64,000 bases of DNA from Candidatus Poribacteria bacterium (lineage in GTDB: Bacteria; Poribacteria; WGA-4E; WGA-3G). Where the stretch lies: NCBI GenBank assembly GCA_965214095.1, contig OZ243938.1, forward strand, positions 4,128,001 to 4,192,000, written 5' to 3'. Each line of letters opens with the position of its first letter. The stretch's first letter is position 1. Below are positions 41,729-51,867 of the stretch, piece after piece. Position numbers and translations under genes: made by a program. The notes below the pieces were generated by a model, which was not told the origin of the DNA, ran no database searches, and saw only the letters and a program-made list of their open reading frames with translations.

Positions 41729-42781
41729 ATGAAACGAATAGTTCCAAAAAACATTAGTATTGCCCTCATTCTTTCAGTATGTATACATGCTATTTTGCTT
41801 CTTGTTATAACCGGATTATATCAACATGAACCTAATTCTATTAGAGAGGTAACGCATCTTAAAATAACAGAGATACCAACGGAACGGGTTCCACGACGTA
41901 TAAAACGCGAGCAATATATCCCTATAAAGATTGCACCTACCAAACAGACACAAATTGAAGTAGCAGTCAATACTCCCGAGGTAACCTTACCTTTAGCACA
42001 GCCATTTTCAGACCAGAATCCCGTTGTTCCAATTGCAGGAATAACACTACCGAATCCAAATTTATCAGGCATCGGTGCATCCTACCAATTATCTAATGCT
42101 CCGATAGGAGATCAGAACATAGGAAGCCATCGAAGGTTAGGTAAAAAGGGATCTTCAGGCGTGTTAAAAGTCAGCAAACCGCAGTCATCTAAACCCTCTA
42201 TAGATAATACATTACCACAAGTTAGTGATCTGAAGATGCCGAGTGCCACTATGGCGCGAATTGGGTCTCACATCGTAGACAACCGCAGTACTGATTATGT
42301 GGATATCGTCTTTGTTATTGATGGCAGTGGAAGTATGAGAGATAACATTAATGCGGTCCGAAATCATCTGAACCGTATGACTAAATTTTTTGATGATGCC
42401 GATCTTGATTTTACACTTGGCGTTGTGATCTTTCGTGAAAAAATGTTGGGTTTGGATTTTGAGATTTTACCACAAACTCGTTCTATTTCTAATATCAAGA
42501 GATGGCTTGCACAAGTAAAGTGCAGCGGTGGTGAAAAGGCATTAGATGCTCTCATACGCGCTGCTGATGATGTCAAATACAGAAAAAATGCAGATGTACA
42601 CTTCATCTTAATTACTGATGAATTTGTTAGTGGGAACTATACGGCAAGTGATGTCTTGCGGAAAATGCGCCAACAAAATATCAAGGTGGATGTGGTTGGA
42701 CGAGATGAACCGTTTCATAAATTCATCACACGCAGCACCGGTGGTTTGTGGTTGCCTATTTCAAGCTTAGGAGTACAATAG
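41729..42781 (+). CDS. Membrane-anchored vWA-domain protein
   Basis: N-terminal TM (SVCIHAILLL), Pro-rich linker, DIVFVIDGSGSM MIDAS motif, ILITDE. Confidence 0.85.
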   Translation: MKRIVPKNISIALILSVCIHAILLLVITGLYQHEPNSIREVTHLKITEIPTERVPRRIKREQYIPIKIAPTKQTQIEVAVNTPEVTLPLAQPFSDQNPVVPIAGITLPNPNLSGIGASYQLSNAPIGDQNIGSHRRLGKKGSSGVLKVSKPQSSKPSIDNTLPQVSDLKMPSATMARIGSHIVDNRSTDYVDIVFVIDGSGSMRDNINAVRNHLNRMTKFFDDADLDFTLGVVIFREKMLGLDFEILPQTRSISNIKRWLAQVKCSGGEKALDALIRAADDVKYRKNADVHFILITDEFVSGNYTASDVLRKMRQQNIKVDVVGRDEPFHKFITRSTGGLWLPISSLGVQ

Positions 42782-42790
42782 AGGTACTCA

Positions 42791-44374
42791 ATGTTTCTTC
42801 AACAAAACAGTGTATCTACACCTTATTTATCCTTAGAATCTCTACATCCTCACTGTCTACAAACTAAAAAGAACTATTACGCGATTGGTGTGACTACTGT
42901 TTTCCTTCTCGCTGGTGGTTTTGCTGCACTACACCATGAAATGTGGCGAGACGAAATACAGGCATGGCTTCTTGCAAGGGATAGTGCATCTATCCTTGAA
43001 CTCTTTGCAAACATGAAATATGAGGGGCATCCCGCCTTCTGGCATCTATGCCTAATGCCTCTCAGTAGAATCACTGTATCACCTATCATGATGCAAGTTT
43101 TTCATCTTCTGATTGCTGCTACAACTGTTTTCCTATTTACACGATTTGCACCGTTCAATAAGATTCAGAAATTTCTTTTCTCGTTTGGATACTTCGCACT
43201 CTACGAATATGCTATCGTTGCGAGAAATTATGCCATTGGTGTACTACTTATTACAATTTTCTGTGTTCTATATAAAAATCGTCATAGACGATTTGTGTGG
43301 ATAGGTGTTGTCCTGTTTCTACTGGCACATACAAGTGTGCATGCTTTAATTGTAACTATTGCAATTGGATTTGCCCTTTTATGTGAGTATCTCTATTTCT
43401 ACTGTTGTAAGGAAAAGGAATTATCTGAGAATGATCAACATATCTGGATAGGTTTTGTCCTTATCGGCATAGGTATATTGACTGCTGTGTTGCAACTCAA
43501 TCCACCATCGGATACGGGTTTCGCTGTCGGATGGCACTTTAAGTTTGGTATGCAACGTGTCAACAATATCACAAAAATCATCACACAAGCGATGTTCCCA
43601 CTACCAAGAGCAGGTATGGGTTTTTGGGGAAGTCATCTGCTCAACAAGTATGCATTGTTCCAGTTAATTCGTTTGCCGTTATGCTACCTTATCGTGTTAT
43701 GGTGTATACTTCGCTTCATAAAACGTCCCACTGCCCTACTCATCTATCTGGTCGCTACTGTTGGACTCCTTGCTTTTTTCTATGTCAAATATGGTGGTAG
43801 TATACGTCACCATGGATTTCTATTTTTTACATTCGTTTTGACGAGTTGGATATTTCACGATTGTCCAGAGATTAACTTACCATTTGATCGAGTATGTGTA
43901 ATCGCACAACGTTGTTTCAGTATTGTTTTTTCGTGCATCCTAATTTTTCATTATCTTGGGGGAATTACTGCAATTGCTATGGACTATCGCCATACTTTCT
44001 CTAACGGCAAAAGAACTGCTGAATATATCAAACAACAGGATATGCATGAGATGTTGATGGTTGGGGACACAGATTTCGCTGTCAGTACTGTCGTAGGATA
44101 CTTGGGCAAAAAGGAGGTCTACTATCCGAAAGGCAGCCGATTCGGCTCTTTTGTCAGATGGGATAAAGCACGAACACTTGGTGTTTCAAATGGGGACATT
44201 GTGGAGGTAAGCGAATTGTTAAGTACACAATATCATCAAGATGTGTTGATTATCATGAATCGCAAATTAGGTGAAGAGTTGGTAGAACAGTATCAACTCA
44301 CTCTAATAAGTTCCTTTACAGGTTCAACGATTGGAAATGAGGGTTTTCATCTATATGTATTCAAGGCTATTTAA
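42791..44374 (+). CDS. Polytopic membrane protein, GT-C-like glycosyltransferase
   Basis: HEMWRDEIQAWLLAR, YEGHP.FW, YEYAIVARNYA; many TM segments. Confidence 0.65.
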   Translation: MFLQQNSVSTPYLSLESLHPHCLQTKKNYYAIGVTTVFLLAGGFAALHHEMWRDEIQAWLLARDSASILELFANMKYEGHPAFWHLCLMPLSRITVSPIMMQVFHLLIAATTVFLFTRFAPFNKIQKFLFSFGYFALYEYAIVARNYAIGVLLITIFCVLYKNRHRRFVWIGVVLFLLAHTSVHALIVTIAIGFALLCEYLYFYCCKEKELSENDQHIWIGFVLIGIGILTAVLQLNPPSDTGFAVGWHFKFGMQRVNNITKIITQAMFPLPRAGMGFWGSHLLNKYALFQLIRLPLCYLIVLWCILRFIKRPTALLIYLVATVGLLAFFYVKYGGSIRHHGFLFFTFVLTSWIFHDCPEINLPFDRVCVIAQRCFSIVFSCILIFHYLGGITAIAMDYRHTFSNGKRTAEYIKQQDMHEMLMVGDTDFAVSTVVGYLGKKEVYYPKGSRFGSFVRWDKARTLGVSNGDIVEVSELLSTQYHQDVLIIMNRKLGEELVEQYQLTLISSFTGSTIGNEGFHLYVFKAI

Positions 44375-44461
44375 CGCGTTGTGCTACGAGAAAAGACTGA
44401 ATCTTTTGTCCTGTCATTCTTGAATCCTGAAAATCCTGGTTCAGACAAGGAAGAACTCCAC

Positions 44462-44564
44462 TATAGTAGATTTTGAAATTACTTGAACATTCTGCATCGG
44501 CGAGGTTAGGAAACCTCGCCTACCGTTGGTCGAAAGTGTCAACTTATATTTATAATTCACTATA
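44462..44564 (+). repeat. TATAGT...ACTATA MITE carrying one REP hairpin
   Basis: Imperfect terminal inverted repeats and the internal TCGGCGAGGTTAGGAAACCTCGCCTACCG. Copy at 2814-2908. Preceded by a 44423-44448 repeat unit. Confidence 0.8.
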
Positions 44565-44677
44565 ATTGATGTCTATGATGCCAAAAACTTTACATACCCA
44601 TAAATGCGAATATACTTGCAATTCTCATAAATATTTGATAAGATACGCTAAAAGTCATAATAAAAGGATGGAAAAGA

Positions 44678-45958
44678 ATGGCACTACCCAAAATGGTCCG
44701 AGTCAATCAACATTTTGACGCACCCGTACTTACCGACCTCCCTGCAGCTATTCATGCGGAATTAGAGAGTATCGGAACCATATCTATTATAAAACCAGGC
44801 GATACCGTTGCATTAACTGCAGGGAGTCGTGGTGTTGCCAACATTGCAACAGCAGTGAAGGCAATCGTTGATTATCTCAAGAAGATCGGTGCAAGACCCT
44901 TTGTCGTTCCAGCGATGGGGAGCCACGGTGGCGCAACTGCAGAAGGACAGCGTGCCGTATTAGAACATTACGGTATTACTCAAGAGACAGTAGGTGCCCC
45001 CGTCAAAGCGTCAATGGAGGTCGTGAAACTCGGTACATTACCACAAGCAGGATCAGACGATTTGCCTGTTTTCATGGATAAATATGCAGCACAAGCAGAC
45101 CATATTGTACCGATCAACCGTATAAAAGCACATACCGATTTCAACGGGTCTATTGAGAGTGGACTGATGAAAATGATGGTCATCGGTCTGGGAAAACAGC
45201 AGGGGGCAAACTACTATCACCGTGCTTTTTTCCAATACGGTTTTGAACATGTTATCACTGCTGTCGGTGGATTTATCCTTGACACGGGGAAGATTGCATT
45301 CGGTGTTGGACTCATTGAAAATGCGCATGAAGATACTGCTAAGGTTGTTGCTATTCCTGCTGCCAGACTTCTACAAACGGAACGTGAACTACTTGTTGAA
45401 TCAAAATCAATGATGGGCAAGTTACCTTTTGATGAATTGGATCTGCTTATTATAGACTGGACTGGAAAAAACATCAGTGGAACGGGCATGGATACGAATG
45501 TTATCGGTAGGATGATGCAGAATTTTGAACCTGAACCCATGAAACCTGCAATATTACGCATATTCGTCCGTGATCTGACTGAGGAGAGTGATGGTAACGC
45601 AACAGGTATTGGACTTGCAGATTTCACTACAACTCGATTGGTAGATAAAATTGATCGACACGCAACGTATATGAACGGAATTACTGCGCTTGGTCCACAA
45701 AAGTCAAAGATACCATTCTACTACGATACGGATCAAGAAGCCATTGAAGTTGCACTCAACACCATCGGTTTGACGAAGCCTGAGAATGCGCGTGTCATAC
45801 GGATTGAGAGTACATTAAGATTGACTGAACTTGATCTATCTGAAGCACTACTCCAAGATGCGAAGTTACATTCAAATCTTGAGGTAGTCGGTGAATTACA
45901 ACCTTTGGAATTTAATGAAAATGGTAACTTGTTGCCATTTGCTTTGGAGACGCACTAA
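44678..45958 (+). CDS. LarA-like N-terminal domain (DUF2088/DUF362-type) protein
   Basis: VALTAGSRGVANI, VPAMGSHGGATAEGQ, NRIKAHTDF..ESGLMKM..IGLGK, GKNISGTGMDTNVIGR. Confidence 0.8.
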   Translation: MALPKMVRVNQHFDAPVLTDLPAAIHAELESIGTISIIKPGDTVALTAGSRGVANIATAVKAIVDYLKKIGARPFVVPAMGSHGGATAEGQRAVLEHYGITQETVGAPVKASMEVVKLGTLPQAGSDDLPVFMDKYAAQADHIVPINRIKAHTDFNGSIESGLMKMMVIGLGKQQGANYYHRAFFQYGFEHVITAVGGFILDTGKIAFGVGLIENAHEDTAKVVAIPAARLLQTERELLVESKSMMGKLPFDELDLLIIDWTGKNISGTGMDTNVIGRMMQNFEPEPMKPAILRIFVRDLTEESDGNATGIGLADFTTTRLVDKIDRHATYMNGITALGPQKSKIPFYYDTDQEAIEVALNTIGLTKPENARVIRIESTLRLTELDLSEALLQDAKLHSNLEVVGELQPLEFNENGNLLPFALETH

Positions 45959-46549
45959 TTGAAGCGACTGATTGTTGGTATAACAGGTGCAAGTGCAGTT
46001 GTGTATGGCGTGCGTCTTCTTGAAGTCCTTTCAAAACGCACAGATATAGAAGTACATCTGACTATCTCTAAGTCTGGGGCACGTGCTTTGTGGGAAGAAC
46101 TGAAGATTGAAATAGATATTGATAGCTTCAAGTTAGAATCGCTTATTGATACTACTTCCGATAACATTGTCTATCATCATGAATCTGATATCGGTGCATC
46201 CATTGCAAGTGGTTCTTTTCGCACAGAAGGAATGATTGTTGTACCGTGCAGTATGGGGACAGTGGCCTCAATTGCTGCAGGGATTTCACGCAATCTTATC
46301 CATCGTGCTGCGGATGTCTGCATCAAAGAGCGAAGGAAGCTTGTTATAGTGCCGCGCGAAACCCCACTCAGTTCCATCCACCTTGAAAACATGCTCAAAT
46401 TGTCACGTATTGGCGTGTGTGTCTTGCCAGCAATGCCAGGGTTTTATCATTTCCCCAAAACAGTTGATGACCAGATAAACTTTGTTGTAACAAAAATCTT
46501 AGATCAATTCGGTATAGAGGCTGGTCTAACCCAACGGTGGAAAGAATAG
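45959..46549 (+). CDS. ubiX: Flavin prenyltransferase UbiX (MqnM-like)
   Basis: The plus strand reads TTG AAG CGA CTG ATT GTT GGT ATA ACA GGT GCA AGT (MKRLIVGITGAS...) to TAG at 46547-46549. Motifs IASGS, PCSMGT, RAADV.IKERR.L...RETP. The ORF track strand label is wrong. Confidence 0.95.
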   Translation: MKRLIVGITGASAVVYGVRLLEVLSKRTDIEVHLTISKSGARALWEELKIEIDIDSFKLESLIDTTSDNIVYHHESDIGASIASGSFRTEGMIVVPCSMGTVASIAAGISRNLIHRAADVCIKERRKLVIVPRETPLSSIHLENMLKLSRIGVCVLPAMPGFYHFPKTVDDQINFVVTKILDQFGIEAGLTQRWKE

Positions 46550-46556
46550 GTCGTTG

Positions 46557-47405
46557 ATGAAGAAACTAAGAATTATCCTTGAGATGATCAAATTTGAACA
46601 CACTGTATTTGCATTGCCGTTTGCAATTATGAGTGCGTTTATTGCATCGGGAGGCATTCCGGAACTATCAAAACTCGGATGGATTCTTGTTGCGATGGTT
46701 GGGGCGCGCAGTTGTGCAATGGCTTTCAACCGTCTTGCTGATGCAGAAATTGACAGCGAGAATCCGAGAACCGCGATGCGTGCAATACCAGCAGGATTAA
46801 TCACGAAAGCAGCGGTTTGGGTATTTACACTCGTCTCAGCAGGTTTGTTAGTGGTAGCTGCTTGGCGACTTAATCCACTTGCATTTGCATTGTCCCCCGT
46901 TGCTCTTGCAGTGATTATGGGGTATTCTTATACGAAAAGATTTACTTCGCTATCACATTTTTGGTTAGGACTTGCACTTTCAATTTCACCGGTCGGTGCG
47001 TGGATTGCTATCAAAGGACAATTTGATTTGACACCTATTGTTCTCTGTTGTGTTGTGTTACTTTGGACAGCAGGATTTGACATCATCTATGCATGCCAAG
47101 ATGTCAATTTTGACAAGAAACACGGACTGCATTCAATTCCCGCACGAATAGGTATCCGTTGGGCACTATGGCTTTCATCCGCACTACACATAATCGCTGT
47201 TGGACTACTGTTTTGCATACCTATTCTTACGGAGTTAGGTCTGTTTTACTATATTGGCGTGGGAATTGTCGTTTGTATATTTATCTATGAACATGCCATC
47301 GTCAAACCCCACGATCTGTCTCGGGTCAATCTCGCATTTTTCACATTGAATGGTATGATCAGTTTAGTATTGATGGCACTTTCAATTGCAGACATACTTA
47401 TATAG
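46557..47405 (+). CDS. UbiA-family polyprenyltransferase (MqnP-like)
   Basis: IKFEHTVFALPFA, ARSCAMAFNRLAD..ID..NPRT..RAIP, YSYTKRF, GFDIIYACQD..FD. Confidence 0.9.
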   Translation: MKKLRIILEMIKFEHTVFALPFAIMSAFIASGGIPELSKLGWILVAMVGARSCAMAFNRLADAEIDSENPRTAMRAIPAGLITKAAVWVFTLVSAGLLVVAAWRLNPLAFALSPVALAVIMGYSYTKRFTSLSHFWLGLALSISPVGAWIAIKGQFDLTPIVLCCVVLLWTAGFDIIYACQDVNFDKKHGLHSIPARIGIRWALWLSSALHIIAVGLLFCIPILTELGLFYYIGVGIVVCIFIYEHAIVKPHDLSRVNLAFFTLNGMISLVLMALSIADILI

Positions 47406-47451
47406 TATAGTGTTGGAATTACACTTGCCTCATCATCGGAGGTTGGAACTC

Positions 47452-48273
47452 ATGAAACTATCACTCTCTGTCCGTGTTGCCGAAAACGCATCAAAAAAAG
47501 ATGCTACCCATACCTTTGTCCAACTAACAGAACTCGCAGCAAATCTCGGATACGAAGCGATGTGTATGCGTGCATCGCAGGTCGGTATCCACTCACCTTT
47601 GGAGCAAATCACTGCAGCACGCAAACAAGCAGATAAACACAACTTAACGATCTCAATGATTACAGGGGATTTTCCAGTTCCACTGAACAACGAACAGGGA
47701 CCCGATGGACTCCGAAATATAACACCTTATCTCGATCTAACCGAACTTCTTGGATCTGACCTAATCCGAATTGCGATGAAGGTTGAGGAAGACATTGTTT
47801 GGGCACAACGCGCATCTGATGAAGCAGCAGAACGTGGCATCCGACTTGCACATCAGTCGCATACACAGAGTCTATTTGAAACGGTAGATGGATCAATTGA
47901 TGTGCTAAAACGCGTTGGAAGAGACAACTTTGGTATTATTTATGAACCTGCCAACCTTGATCTCTGTGGACAAGAATATGGTGTTGAAACGTTGAAGAGG
48001 TTTTCACCCTATCTATTCAATGTATATCTCCAGAACCATATACGAAGACCAGAAGGGAAGACTGTGCTTTACACTTGGATTCACGGCAATGTTCCGCACG
48101 ACCCTATCCGTTTACAAGACGAAGGTGGTATTGATTATCCATTAGTGTTTCGCGGCTTAGAAGCAATTGGCTATGACGGTTATGTTACAGTACATCAAGC
48201 ATTCAGAGAGATAATGGAACCAGAAGATGCCGCTGAACAGAGTTATACCTATTTGAAACCATTTTGCACATAA
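47452..48273 (+). CDS. Sugar phosphate isomerase/epimerase family protein
   Basis: TIM-barrel pattern LGY..., LIRI, LAHQSH, FGIIYEPANL, IGYDGYVTVH. Confidence 0.8.
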   Translation: MKLSLSVRVAENASKKDATHTFVQLTELAANLGYEAMCMRASQVGIHSPLEQITAARKQADKHNLTISMITGDFPVPLNNEQGPDGLRNITPYLDLTELLGSDLIRIAMKVEEDIVWAQRASDEAAERGIRLAHQSHTQSLFETVDGSIDVLKRVGRDNFGIIYEPANLDLCGQEYGVETLKRFSPYLFNVYLQNHIRRPEGKTVLYTWIHGNVPHDPIRLQDEGGIDYPLVFRGLEAIGYDGYVTVHQAFREIMEPEDAAEQSYTYLKPFCT

Positions 48274-48314
48274 TTGAACAACTAATCACATAATCGTCCA
48301 ATGAAAAATAATCT

Positions 48315-49829
48315 ATGAAAACACAACGTCCAAATATCATTATCATAACAACTGACCAGCAACGAACAGATACACTGAGTTGCTACGGTTCCGATTTCAC
48401 AGACACGCCACATCTTGATCAATTCGCATCTGAAGGTGTGTGTTTAGAAAGAGCATACTGTACGAATCCAGTATGTACTCCTGCCCGTGCATCAATCTTT
48501 ACCGGCAAGTATGTCAGCCGACATGGCGCGTGGAATGTAGGAATGAACGTGCCTGAAGACGAACCGATGATCTCACATCGGTTGTCTGAAGCAGGATATC
48601 GCACGCACTATATTGGCAAAGCACACTTCCAACCCTTTGGTGCATCCCCAGAACATTCAATGGAAACAAGGAATAACACCGAACGCTATCCTGATTTCAG
48701 TGGTCCTTACTACGGATTTGAAACTATTGAGTTGGCACTTGGTCATGCAACTTATGGAATCGCCGGACATTACGGTGAATGGGTGCGTTCACAAGTTTCA
48801 GCGGATGAGTTTGCGAGTTTTAGCAAAGCGAGACGACTTTCTGAAACAGGTTTTGGTGGCGGGGCACATGATTGGGATATACCATTAAAATATCACAATA
48901 GCGTGTGGACAGCAGATCGCACAATTGACTTTATAAACAGTCATAATAAAGATAAACCGTTTTTATTGGCAGTCGGATTTCAAGATCCACATCATCCGCA
49001 CTGCGTCCCAACAGAATTTGCGGAACGTGTTGATCCTTCGGAAGTACCACTACCAGACTTCGTTGAAGGTGAGTTGGATGACAAACCACCTCATTTCCTG
49101 GAAGCACGGTGTGGACAACTAAGCAAATCCAAAATCCGCGGTAAGTTTGCTATGGCAGGTCAGGGCGGTGGGGCAGATTTTCGTAAAGTGTCAGAGCACG
49201 ATGCACGTATGGGTAGAGCATATTACTACAATATGGTGAAGATTATTGATCAACAGATGGGACGAATCTTGAAATGTCTGGATGAGCGTGGATTAAGAGA
49301 AGATACACTTGTGGTATTCACTACAGACCACGGTGAACTGTTGGGAGACCACGGTCTCTGGATGAAAGGTCCCTTCCATTACGAGCAGCTTATCCGTGTC
49401 CCAACATTGATGAGGTATCCTGCAGCTATTCCATCGGGGCAACGCACAGCAGCACTATTCAGTCATGTAGATATTGTACCTACAATCCTTGCTGCTGCGG
49501 GTTTGCCTATTCCTGCGGATTCTGATGGTGTTGACGCACTGCCATTGCTCTCAGGAGAACAGAAGTCTGTTCGTGATTCATTGTTGATTGAATGTGTTGA
49601 TGACCCAAATGGATTGCGTCTTAAAACGATTGTAACTGATACGAGAAAATTAACTTGGTATTGTGGACATCCCTATGGCGAACTCTATGATTTGGAAAAT
49701 GACCCAGCGGAACGAATTAACCATTGGGATAACCCAGATTATGCAACTGAAAAAGCCAATCTTCTAAGACGCATTCTTGAAGGAATGGAACCACTTGAGA
49801 GGCGTGTAGAACGGTTTGCCTATGCGTAA
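48315..49829 (+). CDS. Sulfatase (formylglycine-dependent)
   Basis: RPNIIIITTDQQR, CTPARASIFTG, GYRT.YIGKAH, FTTDHG, ELYDLENDP.E. Confidence 0.93.
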   Translation: MKTQRPNIIIITTDQQRTDTLSCYGSDFTDTPHLDQFASEGVCLERAYCTNPVCTPARASIFTGKYVSRHGAWNVGMNVPEDEPMISHRLSEAGYRTHYIGKAHFQPFGASPEHSMETRNNTERYPDFSGPYYGFETIELALGHATYGIAGHYGEWVRSQVSADEFASFSKARRLSETGFGGGAHDWDIPLKYHNSVWTADRTIDFINSHNKDKPFLLAVGFQDPHHPHCVPTEFAERVDPSEVPLPDFVEGELDDKPPHFLEARCGQLSKSKIRGKFAMAGQGGGADFRKVSEHDARMGRAYYYNMVKIIDQQMGRILKCLDERGLREDTLVVFTTDHGELLGDHGLWMKGPFHYEQLIRVPTLMRYPAAIPSGQRTAALFSHVDIVPTILAAAGLPIPADSDGVDALPLLSGEQKSVRDSLLIECVDDPNGLRLKTIVTDTRKLTWYCGHPYGELYDLENDPAERINHWDNPDYATEKANLLRRILEGMEPLERRVERFAYA

Positions 49830-49929
49830 AATAACGTGAGTTTGATAAATAAAATTTCTGTATTCTGTGTGGTAAGGAAACATCGCAATATGTGCCAATC
49901 GGGGATATTGATTTGTAATTTGTATCGTC

Positions 49930-50033
49930 TGAGTCCCGTAGGGACAATATGTTATAGCAAGAGGTTAACCACTTTGTCTTGAGTCCCGTAGGAACGGCAT
50001 AGAGAGATATATGTATCGTCCCTACGGGACTGA
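49930..50033. repeat. GTCCCGTAGGGAC palindrome cluster (two direct copies, one inverted)
   Basis: TGAGTCCCGTAGGGAC, TGAGTCCCGTAGGAAC and GTCCCTACGGGACTGA between convergent genes. Confidence 0.7.
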
Positions 50034-50056
50034 AGAGTGTTAATGGAGTAAATCAA

Positions 50057-50665
50057 TCAAAATTCATACTTTACTGAAAAACTTGAAGTTTTTTCTAATG
50101 GTTGTCCATCAAAAGTAGATTTTGTGGTCATTTTAGATTTACTTATGACTTCGTCTGTGCTTGTGTCAATTAATTCAACTGTTAGATCATCATCAACACT
50201 GTTATCAAATTCTCCCTTCAGAATATATGTGATTCCTGATTTTACTTTCGCAGATAAATTTGTCGTGATTTGAAGGTCTTTTCTTACTCCATCAGGATAA
50301 GTGTCTGTCAGAACCAATACTGCCATGGTATGTTTGCCTGGGACAACGAATACTTCGTCTTTCGTGTTTTTTGTATTTTCGGTAAATTTCTTTCGCAAAG
50401 CTAACTTTCCGTTGATCCGTAATGCAAGCTGGTTTATTCTCTGAATCCACTGTTCATCTGTATCAATCTGAATTGTAGCCAGTTCAGATTCAGGTAAATT
50501 GGGTGTCAAATAACGATCATTCTGCATTACTGCTGTGCCACAACCTAAAATTGGTAAAGATAACAATGACACTACTAAGAGAATGGGAAGATGAAAACGT
50601 ATCATCCTATATCTTTTGATTGTACTGTTTAAATTATTGTATGGAAATTGCTGTGTATATTTCAT
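50057..50665 (-). CDS. Hypothetical lipoprotein
   Basis: Hydrophobic stretch ending ILGC (lipobox). The start may be ATG 50605. Confidence 0.65.
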   Translation of the reverse strand: MKYTQQFPYNNLNSTIKRYRMIRFHLPILLVVSLLSLPILGCGTAVMQNDRYLTPNLPESELATIQIDTDEQWIQRINQLALRINGKLALRKKFTENTKNTKDEVFVVPGKHTMAVLVLTDTYPDGVRKDLQITTNLSAKVKSGITYILKGEFDNSVDDDLTVELIDTSTDEVISKSKMTTKSTFDGQPLEKTSSFSVKYEF

Positions 50666-50701
50666 TGTCTATTCTCCTATAAATCTACGTTTATTACATT
50701 A

Positions 50702-50834
50702 TAGTGAAATGTAAAATATGAGCACACTCCCCGGTAGATGCGGTTTACTAACCGCATCTATGAGACTGAACAAACACTGGTTCGGTTAGGAAACCGAACC
50801 TACCGTCGTGTGTAAATAATTATGGTTTTTACCA
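50702..50834 (+). mobile_element. Second copy of the TAGTGAAA MITE with REP doublet
   Basis: Near-identical to 8953-9083. Confidence 0.8.
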
Positions 50835-51235
50835 TAAATTAAGTTATAACACCAAATCTATACGTTGTCAAACCAAATTTAATATGACACACTTTTCGAG
50901 TAATTAGGCAATTATCAGAACTGTTGATATTATCATATACGAACTTTTTTTACTGCGATTTGTCTATCTTGATTGATAAGGATATAAATATGACTTTAGA
51001 ATTGTATATGTATGGTCTAGTAACTATTAGAGAATACAGCAGATAAATTATTTCTTAAGTGTTTTAGTTGCATGATACAGTCATTGTAGGGTATCATTTA
51101 AATGGTTAATGAAATAGCATCTGTATATATTCAAATTTTAATTATTTAACAATTAATGGGATGATTAACATCCACATTATAAGTATGAAAATCGGAATGG
51201 AAGTCTATTCTGTAGATCTTTCATGATACTATTAG

Positions 51236-51844
51236 ATGAATATTGATACCCCGTCAAATCCAAATACTTTTGTGAAAAACCGCGTGAAGGAACTCTTTAT
51301 CGCACAAAGTGAAAGACCTGCAGCCCTTAAAGACATTAGCCTAACCCGTTTGTCTCCATTTCAGCGTGCCCTACTTGTCACAGATGGAACTGTCACTCGA
51401 TTTATAGAGGGATATCAACTCACCCCAGTCCAAGTTGTGCTGCTTTACCAAGCCAGACGAAAACTCCACAACAATCATAACTGGCTAGAAATGTCAACAG
51501 GTGGTAACATCATCGCTCGAGAAATTGTGCTTCAGTCCCCATCAACAGATAACCAAACACCAAAAATCCATGCCTATGCAGTATCTCAAATTGTTCATGA
51601 ACGACTGCCACAATCTGTTGTGAATGGATTGGATGCAGGTATTAATGGTCTGGGTGTGCTACTGCATCATAGCCAACTAGAAACGCGTCGGGACTTGCTT
51701 TGGTGGGGTGTAGAACGTGTAACAGGTCTACCAAGTACTATTGCATATTATGAGGGAACACCATTCTTGAGTCGGACATATAGAGTAGTAGCCGACAGAA
51801 AACCTTTGATGCTAATAACAGAGAAATTCCCACTTAATGTTTAA
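51236..51844 (+). CDS. Chorismate pyruvate-lyase-like (DUF98/UbiC-fold) protein
   Basis: RALLVTDGTVTRFIE, REIVLQ, YAVS, LGVLL...LETRR, SRTY......LMLITEKFP. Confidence 0.8.
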   Translation: MNIDTPSNPNTFVKNRVKELFIAQSERPAALKDISLTRLSPFQRALLVTDGTVTRFIEGYQLTPVQVVLLYQARRKLHNNHNWLEMSTGGNIIAREIVLQSPSTDNQTPKIHAYAVSQIVHERLPQSVVNGLDAGINGLGVLLHHSQLETRRDLLWWGVERVTGLPSTIAYYEGTPFLSRTYRVVADRKPLMLITEKFPLNV

Positions 51845-51867
51845 TAATCAAAAGCAGAATGTAAAAA

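Noticed and set aside
45959-46549. ORF track lists the UbiX protein on the minus strand
   Set aside because: The given protein is encoded on the plus strand (TTG at 45959, TAG at 46547-46549), co-oriented with its neighbours.
49930-50033. Possible mini CRISPR array
   Set aside because: Only two short direct copies plus an inverted one, and no cas genes.
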